Shown piece after piece: positions 48,122 to 58,925 of a stretch of DNA of 64,000 bases (position 1 is the stretch's first letter; each line of letters starts with the position of its first letter). This DNA comes from Candidatus Heimdallarchaeota archaeon (GTDB taxonomy: Archaea; Asgardarchaeota; Heimdallarchaeia; Heimdallarchaeales; Heimdallarchaeaceae), in contig JAHLWR010000015.1 of NCBI GenBank assembly GCA_019057815.1, forward strand, positions 25,248-89,247. Reading direction: 5' to 3'. The notes under the pieces are model-generated. The model did no database searches and had not been told where the DNA came from. It was given only the letters and a program-made list of their open reading frames with translations. The position numbers were made by a program, and so were the translations under genes.

Positions 48122-48665
48122 TAGATAGTTTATGCAAGCGCATAATGACTATATGGTTTACGACTCTTGAAAAATCTGCTGAACTTAACTCATCGGTTGC
48201 TTGATCCCATCCAATGATAGACTGAGCATGATTTGGATGAAGCCTTACATATTTTCGAAATACTGCCTCTTTTTCAGCTAAATCATCAATAATCTCCGGA
48301 ATAACGCTAAATTTACGCCAACCTATTTGAACTTTAACCTTTTTTGGACTTGCTAGCATGTTTTTTACCCAGTCTGCTTTCATCCCTCCACCAGCATAGA
48401 GATGAAGAATATTATCCATCCGAACATATCTAACAGGGAAAATTCTTTTTTTGCCTGTTTTCCTACCAATAGTAAAAAGGAGAAGGAAGTTTTTGGAAAA
48501 ACCGACTAAAGGAAGGAATCCTAGCTTGTAAAATGGAATAACGAAATACTTGTTTAATCGCTTCCAAAGAATGAACTTCTTTTTCAGCAAGTTTTGATCA
48601 TTTGATAAGTATAACGCAATAAAAGATTTGGGTCTGGGAAAATCGTTTTTGGGGAGTGTATTCAA
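48105..48665 (-). CDS. Deazaflavin (F420)-dependent nitroreductase-like oxidoreductase (Ddn family)
   Basis: LLLFTIGRKTGKKR..P, ADWVKNMLASP.V.VQIG. Confidence 0.85.
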   Translation of the reverse strand: MNTLPKNDFPRPKSFIALYLSNDQNLLKKKFILWKRLNKYFVIPFYKLGFLPLVGFSKNFLLLFTIGRKTGKKRIFPVRYVRMDNILHLYAGGGMKADWVKNMLASPKKVKVQIGWRKFSVIPEIIDDLAEKEAVFRKYVRLHPNHAQSIIGWDQATDELSSADFSRVVNHIVIMRLHKLSIDRNK

Positions 48666-48885
48666 AATGCTTTCGTAAAAGAGTGATTCGGGATAATTTT
48701 AAAACTTTTGGAGAATAATTAAGGAAAATTGAACTCTAAAGAAAAAAAAACCTATTTAGAAAAAAATAATATCAATAAGAAGATTAGTTAGATGTTAGTT
48801 CTTCTGATAAATCTTCATAATAAGACTTTCTTGAAGAATCGTACTTTGTACTTTCAACTTTGTCAACTAATTTTCCCCACCAGCT

Positions 48886-49266
48886 CTAATATTTTTCAGG
48901 AATGTCTTTGATCTTGTTATGGGCTTTAATGTAGTTATCAGGCATTGCGTGAGTACCAATAACAACTTTAACGTCAATTACTTTCTCAATAAAATCTTTA
49001 AATTGTGTAATATATGGACAAGGAGGATAGCCAGCTAGAAAGCCTGTAGCGAAATGAATAAATTCTGCACCATATTTTTTCATGTTTGTGGCAACATACT
49101 CGATATTACCTCCTGGACACCCACCACAAGAAGAATAACCTACAATTACCAATTCTTGATCATTGTATCTTCTGAAAGCTCCTTCCTTCTCTCGCACAGC
49201 ACGGAAGCATTTCCCACCATCACAGGACTTATAACGATCACAGATAATTATACCAATTCTTTTCAT
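48886..49266 (-). CDS. CGGC-domain metal-binding protein; frame stays open past TAG to 48784
   Basis: IGIIICDRYKSCDGGKCF, SCGGCPG, YPPCPY, VVIGTH. Confidence 0.88.
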   Translation of the reverse strand: MKRIGIIICDRYKSCDGGKCFRAVREKEGAFRRYNDQELVIVGYSSCGGCPGGNIEYVATNMKKYGAEFIHFATGFLAGYPPCPYITQFKDFIEKVIDVKVVIGTHAMPDNYIKAHNKIKDIPEKY

Positions 49267-49687
49267 TTTTGGTCTCGTAAAAGGATGACTAACGATAATT
49301 TTAAAGCTTTTGGACAAAAAATCAGAATAATTAAAGATTTTAAACTATCGAGAGGCTTGCAAGAGATAAGGATTATCTTACCACGCAAATTTTTTATTAT
49401 GTGGTAAGATTTTTTTCCTGTGTTCTCCGCGCGAACTAACCATTTTGTTAATAAACAAGAAGAGTTGCTTCTTATTGATAGTTTGAAAATAGAAATACTA
49501 TGCTATGATTTGTATTTTCTCCTCAAAATGTGGTATCATCTGGAAAAAGTTCTTTTTAGAGTTGTAGGACCAGCCCTTACCAAATTTACTAATAGACAAC
49601 CAAAAACATGAAAAATGTTATATAGTTATATGATAGTTTTTATCAATCCTACAAAAATATGATGTACCCAAATATGGATGTTTTAGA

Positions 49688-51904
49688 TTGAATCAAGATA
49701 GTTCTGATGCTCTAAATATGCACGATTCTTTTATAGAAAACTCTCCACTAGGCATAGCAACAGCTAATCTGGAAGGTAAGTTTGTTTCTGCAAACAATTC
49801 TTTTTTAGATCTGGTAGGTTACACGATGGACGAACTAAAAGAACTTACATATTTAGATCTTACTCATCCTGATGATAGAAATCAAAGTATCGAGTATCTT
49901 GAAAAGATGTTTAAAAGAGATAGTACACTAGAACTATTCGAGAAAAGATATATTAAAAAAGATGGACAAATAATTTACGTAAAAATTACGACTTGGTTAC
50001 TCAAAGACAAAGATGGTAATCTTACTAATCATGTTGGTGTTTTTGAAGATGTTACTGAAAAGAAAGCCATGGAGGAGAAGATACAAGCAAGTGAAAAGCA
50101 GCACCGTATGCTAATTGAAAATATGAATGATGGCTTGATTGAGACAAATGAAAGAGATGAGATAAGATTCGTAAATGAAAGATTTTGTGAGATGTTGGGA
50201 TATTCAAGAGAAGAATTATTAGGTAAGAGTCCCTCTGTATTTTTAGAAGAGAGTAATAAGAAAATATTTGAAGAAAAGGATCACCTAAGAAGAAAAGGAT
50301 TAGAAGAACAACATGAATTAACTTGGCAAAAACCTGATGGTGAACTTGTTCCAACTCTCATTTCACCCAAATCTTTTCTGGATGAGAATGGTGCCTTTAC
50401 TGGTGCGTTTGCTGTAGTAACTGATATATCTGAGTTGAAAAAAGCTGAAGCAAAACTTAGAGATTCAGAAAAATTCTATAAAGCCATTTTCGAAAACACA
50501 GGCACAGCATCTATTATTGTCGAGGAGGATCATACTATCTCTTTGGTTAATTCACAGTTTGAGAAACTTTCTGGATATTCTAGCGAAGAAATCGTGAGGA
50601 AAAAGAGCTGGACAGAGTTTGTTGCTAAAGAAGATCTTGAAAGGATGAGAAAATATCATTCTGAACGAAGAAAAGAAGGTATATCAGCTCCAACATCTTA
50701 CGAGTTCAGATTTACAGACAGAGAAGGTACAACTAAAAATGTTTTTCTCTCAGTTGACTTAATTCCAGGAACCAATCAAACCACTGCTTCTCTATTAGAT
50801 ATAACGAAAATTAAAGAGATAGAAAATTCACTCGAGGAGAGTAATATGAAATATCGCACTATTTTCGACGAAGCTAACGATATGATGGTTTTACACTCTC
50901 TAGTGAGAGGTACTTCAGAAAGCTCAATTTTTGATGTAAATAAACAGCTATGTTTGAGACTAGGCTATTCAAAAGAAGAACTTCTCACTATGACTACTTT
51001 TGACATAGATTCAGAAAGTACACTCAAAAATATTACTAAAATCAGAGAGTCATATACAGAACAAGGTCACGGAACATTTGAGATAGAATTTAGAACGAAA
51101 GAAGGAGAAATTGTCCCTGTTGAAATGAGTTCGCATATAATGAAAATAGGTGATGAAGAAGTTGTTCTATCAACAGCACGAGATATATCGGAAAGGAAAA
51201 GATTTGAAGCTGAGCTCCAAGGAAAAGCTCAAGAGCTTAGATTATATCTAGATATATTAACGCATGATGTTAAAAACTATCAAGTATCAGTTGTTGGATA
51301 CTTAGATCTTGCTTTATGTTATGAACATTCTTTAGACGCGGAAAAATTCATCAAAAAAGCTCAAGCTAACGTTTCTAATACCGAGAACCTCTTACACAAC
51401 GCTTCGATTATTATGATGTTAAAGGAACCATCAGTCGATACTTTGAAGCCTTTGAAATTGAGTAAAATCGTTAATGAAGCAAAAGAGTACACTATCGACC
51501 AATTCCCACATAAGACCATAGAAATTGATGTTTCGAAGATTGATAAGGACACTTCAGTAGTAGTTGATCATCTTTGTCAACAACTTTTTGTGAATCTATT
51601 CTCAAATGGAATAAAATTCACGACTCAAGAAGATGTAAAAATAGATGTCTACCAAGAAAAGAGCACTAAGGGAAAATGTTCAGTCGTTGTCGCTGATAAT
51701 GCAAAAGGTATCCACATGGATGAAAGAGAAAAAATATTCGAGAGATACAGTGAATTTAAAAGAAGAGGTAAGGGGAGCGGATTAGGGCTATACATAACTC
51801 AAACATTAGTTAAACGCTATGATGGTAGAATATGGATAGAGAGTAAAGTAGATGAAGATTATACTAAAGGAACAAAGTTCATAGTTGAGTTTAATACAAA
51901 ATAA
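49688..51904 (+). CDS. Cytoplasmic PAS-domain sensor histidine kinase (4 PAS/PAC)
   Basis: Four PAS/PAC units ending in DVT/DIS/DIT/DIS; ILTHDVKN, NLFSNGIKF, DNAKGI, GSGLGL. Confidence 0.95.
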   Translation: MNQDSSDALNMHDSFIENSPLGIATANLEGKFVSANNSFLDLVGYTMDELKELTYLDLTHPDDRNQSIEYLEKMFKRDSTLELFEKRYIKKDGQIIYVKITTWLLKDKDGNLTNHVGVFEDVTEKKAMEEKIQASEKQHRMLIENMNDGLIETNERDEIRFVNERFCEMLGYSREELLGKSPSVFLEESNKKIFEEKDHLRRKGLEEQHELTWQKPDGELVPTLISPKSFLDENGAFTGAFAVVTDISELKKAEAKLRDSEKFYKAIFENTGTASIIVEEDHTISLVNSQFEKLSGYSSEEIVRKKSWTEFVAKEDLERMRKYHSERRKEGISAPTSYEFRFTDREGTTKNVFLSVDLIPGTNQTTASLLDITKIKEIENSLEESNMKYRTIFDEANDMMVLHSLVRGTSESSIFDVNKQLCLRLGYSKEELLTMTTFDIDSESTLKNITKIRESYTEQGHGTFEIEFRTKEGEIVPVEMSSHIMKIGDEEVVLSTARDISERKRFEAELQGKAQELRLYLDILTHDVKNYQVSVVGYLDLALCYEHSLDAEKFIKKAQANVSNTENLLHNASIIMMLKEPSVDTLKPLKLSKIVNEAKEYTIDQFPHKTIEIDVSKIDKDTSVVVDHLCQQLFVNLFSNGIKFTTQEDVKIDVYQEKSTKGKCSVVVADNAKGIHMDEREKIFERYSEFKRRGKGSGLGLYITQTLVKRYDGRIWIESKVDEDYTKGTKFIVEFNTK

Positions 51905-52008
51905 ATGAAAAGCTTTAAGATTCTTTTAATACTTTCAATAACAATTACTTTTCACTCTAATATAAAAAAGAGAGTAAAAAAGCAATGAAAAGACATTCAA
52001 TTTAGAAA

Positions 52009-53475
52009 TTATTTCATAATATTATTAATTCCATCATAATTGGTTGCTTTGGAGCGATATAGAAAGTCTGCTTGGAATCCTTCATGAGGTGCAGCTATAT
52101 CCATTAAAAAGGTCTGATTATTCACAAAAACCTTCTTGATTGAAGGATTTTGTAAGAGTTTCTTGGCTTTTGAAGGATTATCTGTTAATAATCCTAATGA
52201 AAGGCTGTTTTCTACAAGCTCTTCTGCGAAGTAATCGTCTGGTCTTGTAATTGTTCCAAATGCAAATGGGTACTCATCAGTTCTCATGATATGTTCTTCA
52301 TCAAGTTCGAGTAGCGTGGGCATAAGATAAGCTAAATCATTTTCAACATGTAGGAAATCTTCTGTTCCACGATATTTAGCTGTTACATCATGGATATTTC
52401 CTGTCATTCTACTTTTAATGAACCTATGTAAACCTTGAGCAGCTGAAATGCTCATTGCAGGTATTTCTGCTCTAGAATCCATTGGATCAAGCACTTCTAC
52501 TGTAGCCATTCTTTTAGCTAGCTTTTCTTTAAACTCTTCATATCCTTCTTTAGAATTATAAACTATACCTGAAGCATTTATGCATCCCCGTCCACCATCT
52601 AAAGTTATACTTTGGTGCGAAATATCAACAGATAGATCTGTAAGTGTAGGTGACAGGTTATCAATGTCAATTAATATCTTGCTTCTACCAGGTCCATAGG
52701 TTTTAATTTTAGAGTTGTTTTCATAAGCTTTTAACACCCACTCATTGCCGAAAATAACACCTAAATCTGAGTTTCTAACAATTGTATCCACTATACTTCT
52801 ATCAGTTACAAAATGGAATAATGCTTCACTGGGAAGTCCTGCATCCCATAGAGCTCTGCAAAGTCTAAAAGCTGAGAAGGGTTCAGCTGAAGAGGAACGT
52901 AATATCGCAGGCATTTTGAATAAAGGCATAAGTGCCCCCAACATGGAAACAGCAGGATGATTTCCAGGAAGTGCAACACCAACATTTCTTCCTCGGGGAC
53001 TCCAAGCAAATCTTGTCGTTCCTCTAACTCCTACAAAATCGTCATAAATGTCTAGATGACCTGTAGGACTGTTAGCTTTTAGAAGTCTTTGTAATTGTCT
53101 TTTTCTGAAAATTGCAGGAATTGAGCCTAGAGCACCTTGCACATACTGAATAGGCATCCCCGTACTGAGAGTTATAAGTTCAGCCCATTCATCGATTGAT
53201 GTAGAAATTCCACCAATGAGCATATCAGAACTATATATCTTCCCTGCTTGAACATAAATGTCAATAATGTCATCTATTGGCATTTCTTGTAATAAATTGT
53301 ATCCTGCTCCTTTATTGATTGGTAAAGCCATTTGAACGTGAATTTCAGGAGCTATTGAAACATCTAGGAGCTTCTCCCCGTGAATCCCCATTAATGTCTT
53401 CTTACTTTGAGATAAATATTCTTGCCCATTTCGTAATAATGGTAACGATTCTATAGATGTAGCCATTTTAATCAC
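52009..53475 (-). CDS. Aldehyde dehydrogenase-fold acyl reductase (EhpG/GriD/LuxC-like); probable start 53466
   Basis: LPGNHP, RSSSAEP, YGPGRSK, catalytic GRGCINAS, EYPF, PHEG. Confidence 0.8.
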   Translation of the reverse strand: MIKMATSIESLPLLRNGQEYLSQSKKTLMGIHGEKLLDVSIAPEIHVQMALPINKGAGYNLLQEMPIDDIIDIYVQAGKIYSSDMLIGGISTSIDEWAELITLSTGMPIQYVQGALGSIPAIFRKRQLQRLLKANSPTGHLDIYDDFVGVRGTTRFAWSPRGRNVGVALPGNHPAVSMLGALMPLFKMPAILRSSSAEPFSAFRLCRALWDAGLPSEALFHFVTDRSIVDTIVRNSDLGVIFGNEWVLKAYENNSKIKTYGPGRSKILIDIDNLSPTLTDLSVDISHQSITLDGGRGCINASGIVYNSKEGYEEFKEKLAKRMATVEVLDPMDSRAEIPAMSISAAQGLHRFIKSRMTGNIHDVTAKYRGTEDFLHVENDLAYLMPTLLELDEEHIMRTDEYPFAFGTITRPDDYFAEELVENSLSLGLLTDNPSKAKKLLQNPSIKKVFVNNQTFLMDIAAPHEGFQADFLYRSKATNYDGINNIMK

Positions 53476-53587
53476 TTATATTATTATGTCTCAGTATAGT
53501 AAGAGTCCAATTGGTATTTAAAGGAGGAGAAAAAATTTAACGTGTTTTTATAGCCAAAGCTTTTATCAATTACTTAAGAAACAATGT

Positions 53588-53812
53588 TCATTCTTTTTCG
53601 AGTAATTCTTCTTTGTTGAAGCCTGCTTGTTTTAGAATCGAGATAAGTGTTCCTTTGGGAATATCTCTCTTGTGGTAAGGAATTACGACTCTCCTTTTTG
53701 TCTCTGGATTGAAATAAATCCTATGACTCCCTTTTGTTCTATCTAAAACAAAACCTCTTCTTTTTAGAAATTTAATAATTTTGTCTGTATTTAAAACTGG
53801 TAATTTAGGCAT
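53588..53812 (-). CDS. hicA: HicA toxin
   Basis: GFVLDRTKGSH..VVIPYH..IPKGTLISILKQAG. Confidence 0.93.
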   Translation of the reverse strand: MPKLPVLNTDKIIKFLKRRGFVLDRTKGSHRIYFNPETKRRVVIPYHKRDIPKGTLISILKQAGFNKEELLEKE

Positions 53813-54038
53813 TTATTTCAACTGTTATCATTGATTCTAGCATATTTTTCTCAATAGGGATTTCTTCACCATGAGCAATCAAACTTTCAATGTATAATTC
53901 AATAGCTTCTTTAGCCATTTTCATAGCTTCATCAATATCCTTGCCATATGTTATACAACCTGGAAGTGTTGGAACGAAAACAGTATATCCTCCTTCAGGT
54001 TCTTTTTTAAGTAGAACACGAAAATTTAGAACTTTCAT
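53805..54038 (-). CDS. hicB: HicB antitoxin (short form)
   Basis: GGYTVFVPTLPGCITYGKDIDEAMKMAKEAI. Confidence 0.93.
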   Translation of the reverse strand: MKVLNFRVLLKKEPEGGYTVFVPTLPGCITYGKDIDEAMKMAKEAIELYIESLIAHGEEIPIEKNMLESMITVEINA

Positions 54039-54182
54039 CTAATAAAGAATAGTTTATTTCATTTATGTATTTTTCGTTGCTAAATGAGTTATCAATCTCC
54101 TTTATTAATATCCTAATATTTCTTCAAAACTCTCTTATTCGGATTTTTTACTATAGAAAAGGAAAAAAAAGGAGGAAGAAAG

Positions 54183-55705
54183 TTATTTCTTTCTTCGTTG
54201 TAGCACTACTAAACCACAGATCAAAAATAGAAAAGTTATCGCGGGGAGGAGAACAGAGAACATTTGAAACTCTGGTATAACCTCAGAAACAGTAAATGAG
54301 TAATACAAACCAGCGTTAGTATTAATAGCTAAATTGTGATTAATAGAATTATCTACAGCACTAACATAGTATTCAATAGTATCACTAACTGCAAAAGGAT
54401 CAAGAGTTACAGAATAAATGTCACCTGTTATAAGAGTCATACTTACTTCTGTCCAATCTCCACCATTAACCCTATAATAGAGTGTAACAGATTGTACACC
54501 AGAATCATCAGTGATTGTAGCATTAATGCTAATAGTATCTTGTTCTGTTGGTGTAGAGGGAGAGTGAATAATATCAACAATAAGTGGAGGATCAACTTCT
54601 ACAACAGGTTCATCAAACGGATATAGGTCGAATGCTCCAGCATGACCATCAATAGAATAAGAACCTGTTCCAGACCAGTCAGACCAATAGTTGCCTTCAA
54701 GTGTTGTAGTATCATACCAATAGTTGCCTTCAAGTGTTGTAGTATCATACCAATAGTTGCCTTCAAGTGTTGTAGTATCATACCAATAGTTATTAGTACA
54801 ATCATCAAAAGCTTGGGAAGTTCCTCCTAGATTATTATCTACAAAGATATTATGGTGGATAAGATTATTATCAGAATCAGAATCTAAGTATACTCCATGC
54901 TCAACATTTTCTTGTAGAAGATTGTAAGTAATATTACAAGAATCAGAATCCCAAAGCCAGATGCCATAGTCGTAATTGTTGTAACATGTGTTGTTTGCAA
55001 CCGTTGCAATCACAGAAAAGGAAATCTTGATTCCAAAGTTACTGTTGCTACAAGTGTTGTTTGCGACAGTCAAACTACCAGAAGAGTCAATCACGATGCT
55101 TTCGCCATTGTTGTTGCACGTGTTGTTTATAACAGTAGTACTACTAGATTCGTAAATATTGAAGCCATATTCGTTATTGTTGCATGTGTTGTTTATAACA
55201 GTAACACTACTAGTTTCGTAAAACCCGATGCCCCCATAGTTATTATTGCACGTGTTGTTTGCCACCGTAAAATTACTAGAATAGTGAATCGCAATACCCC
55301 AGTTGTTATTACCCCAGCAGCTGTTATTGATAACAGTTACTGTTCCATCGGCTACATTCTCGATATAAATACCATAGTCTTTTGCGTCAACATAGCAGTT
55401 ACGAACAGTAAAATATTTTGTTGTGCCGGTAATACGAATACCTCTACTATTTGTTGTTATAATGCTATATCCTTCAATAACATAAGGATCTTCAGCTGTT
55501 CCAGATCCTGGAAAAGCCTCAAGTCCAATATCAGACATAATGAATATAGGATCATGTGGAATCAGTGAAGAGTAAGATGATGGGTCATAAGAAACACTCG
55601 TAGCATTTAATCTTACAGTAGAGAATATACTTATTCCAACAATTAACAGTGAAACACATAAAACGCTTTTAATTGTAATTTTAGATTGTTTTGAATCTTT
55701 TTCAT
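54183..55705 (-). CDS. NosD-like parallel beta-helix surface protein with PEF-CTERM-like anchor; 5' frameshift separates the likely ATG (55705) from the body
   Basis: GSGTAEDPYVIE, NNTCNNN repeats, GNYWSDW, DLYP, IPEF-TM-RRKK; a signal-peptide-like frame extends upstream of 55538. Confidence 0.8.
54683..54791. repeat. Perfect 33-bp tandem repeat x3.3 (WYDTTTLEGNY)
   Basis: ACCAATAGTTGCCTTCAAGTGTTGTAGTATCAT at 54683, 54716 and 54749. Confidence 0.95.
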
Positions 55706-56090
55706 AATTTCACCTATAAAAAGTATAGATTCACATAAAATTATGTTATAGGAAATTTAAATATTTCGTAAGGAGAACAAGACAATTCATTTTCTCTCAA
55801 TTTACTAAATAAGGTCGAAGTTTCAAAACAACAAAATAGTGAAAAGAAAGTAAAGATTACATGCCGAATCTCATCTAACTAGAGTATTGAAACAAGTTAT
55901 GAAATTATAAAATGATTCTGTCTTACTGTCATGTTAATATTTTCTGAGTTTATATAGGGAAAACAAATCAAGATTGTGATGAACAAAGTCTAGCGGACAG
56001 AGCTGTACTTTACATTACAATTATTCTATTTTAGAAAACTTTTTACATCTCAGCTGAGCTATTATTCAATCATTGTTCAGAGTGTTTTAA

Positions 56091-56636
56091 TTGAAAATGA
56101 AATTCCAAGAAATAAAAGAAAGAAATTTCAAGCGTCTAAATATGATTCAAGATCTTCTTATAGCAGAACTTCTAAACAAAAAAGATATTAAAAGAGATCA
56201 ACCGATGGAATGGAGTTTAAAGCATCTATGTTCATGTTCTCAACTATCAAAATTGTTGGCACTTAACAGAGGAATAGATCCTGAGATAGCAGGTATAGCA
56301 GGAGCAGTTCACGATCTGTACATTATTCGAACAGGAATATTTGAAAACCACGGACCAACTGGTGCTCCCATAGTTAAAGCCTTTCTAGAAGATTTCAATT
56401 CTAAATTTGGTCTTGAATGTGGTGCTATTTCAACCTCAGATATAGATTTAATTGTTGAAGCAACAGAAAAGCATACACAGAAGGCAGAGTTTAACGATAA
56501 ACCATTTGTAGAACTAATAAAGGATGTTGATGCACTTGATAGATTTTTACATGGAAAAGCTACGAAAGACTATTATTTCACAAGATCTGAAAAATGTTTG
56601 AAAGAGATGATTTTTTCCACTGAAATTTCTTCATAA
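56091..56636 (+). CDS. HD-domain protein
   Basis: KH..AGAVHDL..ENHG..EKH..LIKDVDALD. Confidence 0.85.
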   Translation: MKMKFQEIKERNFKRLNMIQDLLIAELLNKKDIKRDQPMEWSLKHLCSCSQLSKLLALNRGIDPEIAGIAGAVHDLYIIRTGIFENHGPTGAPIVKAFLEDFNSKFGLECGAISTSDIDLIVEATEKHTQKAEFNDKPFVELIKDVDALDRFLHGKATKDYYFTRSEKCLKEMIFSTEISS

Positions 56637-56711
56637 TTCATGCTATATCAATATAAAGCAATATAGGCATAGAATTACATTTTATAAATAAGTGATTTAT
56701 CCATTTCATTT

Positions 56712-57592
56712 ATGACTAAGAATTTTGCAATTGTTGTGGATTCTATTTCAGATATTCCTGAGGAACTGGAAAAGAAGTATAACATTCCTATAGTTCATGC
56801 AAAAGTAATCATAGGAGAAAAAGAATATTTAGATAGAATTGGTATTAAGAGAGAAGATTTTCTTTCACAGCTTATCCATTCTAAAGAGAAAATTTCTACG
56901 ACACAGCCATCGCCTATGGATTTTGATATAGTCTTTAGAGAAGCTTTAGAAAAATACGATCATGTACTTTTTCTTAGTGTTTCAACGAAATTATCTGCTA
57001 CATATCAGAACGCTGTTATCTCAGCTAAAAAAATAGGTAAAGATAAAATAACATGCATTGACACTTTATCAGTAACTCATGGAATCACTCTGCTAGTTTA
57101 TCATGCTATTTTACGTAGAGAGCAAGGAGTGGAATTATCAGAACTCGTCGCAGAAATAAAACAAATGATTAGCGACATGAAAATCTATTTCTTAGTAAAC
57201 GAGCTAAAGTATCTTCAAAGAGGTGGACGTATTGGAATGGCTAAGCGTTTACTTGGCACTCTCTTAAACAAGAAACCATTACTCACTATCGAAGAAGGTG
57301 GAATTGATGCTTTGAAATCTGTTAAGGGAACTGAAGCTGGTTATGAAGAGATGGTTAAATTGGTTTCAGAGTATGCAGATAAAAATAAGAATTTCGTTCT
57401 TGCTGGTGCATATGGATTAGAAGCCCTAATTTTGAGAAATTAGCTCACTCAGTGAAAACAAAACTTAAGCCATTGTACTACATCTATGAACCGATTGGAC
57501 CTGCCGTTCTATGTCATGTTGGACCAAATGTTGATGCATTCATAATTATTAAAATCCCTGAATCATCTAAAGAGCTTTACCAAAACATCTGA
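56712..57592 (+). pseudogene. DegV fatty-acid-binding protein, frameshifted near 57422
   Basis: IVVDSISD, TTQPSP, STKLSATY, YLQRGGRIG; the C-terminal IGPAVLCHVGP motif lies in another frame ending TGA at 57592. Confidence 0.85.
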
Positions 57593-57779
57593 AAAAGGAC
57601 AACAAACCATTATTTGAATAGTCGAGATGTAAAATTCTTACTTTAATAGAGAATTCTATGAATCCTTACAGAGATGAACTTCACACTTAATGCAAGATAT
57701 CAATTTTAGCTCTTAAAGAAGAAAATATTGTAGAAAAAACCATCAGCTATTAAAAGAGGAAAAAAAAGAAGAAATGAAT

Positions 57780-58925
57780 TTAATAGACACCCATTTGTTG
57801 CCCTTGACGTAAGTCACGGTGGGGATTTCTAACTCCAGAACCTGAGAATCTGCCTTTTGGTTTGATAAATTCTCCTAAGTCACCATTTTGAACTAGCGCG
57901 GGAATAACTGTTTCGGGAGAAACTCTTTGAGATGTAACAGTACCCACTTCTCCAAAGTTGACTCTAGATGAGATGTCATTTTCATCACTGATTACGAACG
58001 TGCTAAATCTTGGATGTGGGTAGTAGTCTATATTGTATCCATCAAGTTCTGATGTTTGGAATAGTGTTCCAAAGAGTGATTGTCCATAGTAACCTGTAAC
58101 TGGGAGACCTAGATCTTCTGTTAAGACTTTATATGTCTCTTCTGGCATAGGTGTACCGCCGTGCGCAATTGCTTGAAGGTCCCCTTGTTGTCTTAATCTT
58201 TGAACCATTGGAAACATTTTCTCTAGCAAAACACCTGTGGTGAATATTCCTTGAATGTTTGGAAATTCTTGCTTAACAATGTTCATTGTCTGGTCTTGAA
58301 GGTGCTGGAGATACATTCCACCTATTTTTGGATCAGCCATCATAGCCTTCTTAATGAATCTTGGATCAAGATCGATCGTGTAAATTAAGTCTGCAACATC
58401 ACGCTCCCACGTTTTGATGAAGTACTTACCTATTGTATGAGGACCTGTTGGAACTATTACTAACCAATTTAATCCTAGAGGTATATTGAAATCTTTGAAC
58501 ACTTCGAGGTTTAATTTCACTAACAATTCAAATGAAGTGTCATTGATATTATACCAGTTCATATTCTCAAAATCAGTTCGAGTCAGATTTCCCAGTTGTA
58601 TTCCTTTCTTAGGTAGACCTGTTGTTCCACCTGTTTCAACTATCGAAAGCTCAGCTCCTGGATGATTTTTCTTGTAATCATATGCCCATTTCGTAATTGT
58701 GTACTTTACTGAGTGATCTCTGAACGTATTAGGGTCAGTAGGACCGAAGTGCTCTGCTAATTCTTCCCAACTTGTTATATCTCCTTTCTTAACACCCTTT
58801 TCAGCTGCTGATTTAATCATGAACGGAGAACCTAACTCGGGATCTATTGCAATGTCAACACATTCTGTTAAAAAATTGCGTTGTTCTAATTTGCTTGATA
58901 CATTAATTTCTGTTGATATAGCCAT
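57780..58925 (-). CDS. EhpF/GriC-like atypical adenylate-forming enzyme (LuxE/PaaK-related)
   Basis: ETGGTTGLPK, PTGPHTIG, IDLDPRFIKK, HGGT, GYYGQSLFG, GEVGTV. Confidence 0.8.
   Translation of the reverse strand: MAISTEINVSSKLEQRNFLTECVDIAIDPELGSPFMIKSAAEKGVKKGDITSWEELAEHFGPTDPNTFRDHSVKYTITKWAYDYKKNHPGAELSIVETGGTTGLPKKGIQLGNLTRTDFENMNWYNINDTSFELLVKLNLEVFKDFNIPLGLNWLVIVPTGPHTIGKYFIKTWERDVADLIYTIDLDPRFIKKAMMADPKIGGMYLQHLQDQTMNIVKQEFPNIQGIFTTGVLLEKMFPMVQRLRQQGDLQAIAHGGTPMPEETYKVLTEDLGLPVTGYYGQSLFGTLFQTSELDGYNIDYYPHPRFSTFVISDENDISSRVNFGEVGTVTSQRVSPETVIPALVQNGDLGEFIKPKGRFSGSGVRNPHRDLRQGQQMGVY

Noticed and set aside
54683-54791. 33-bp repeats as a CRISPR array
   Set aside because: Units are directly adjacent with no spacers and are in frame within a CDS
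52009-58925. Bioluminescence (lux) or phenazine gene cluster
   Set aside because: No luxAB/luxD or phz core genes in the window; only the reductase pair is supported
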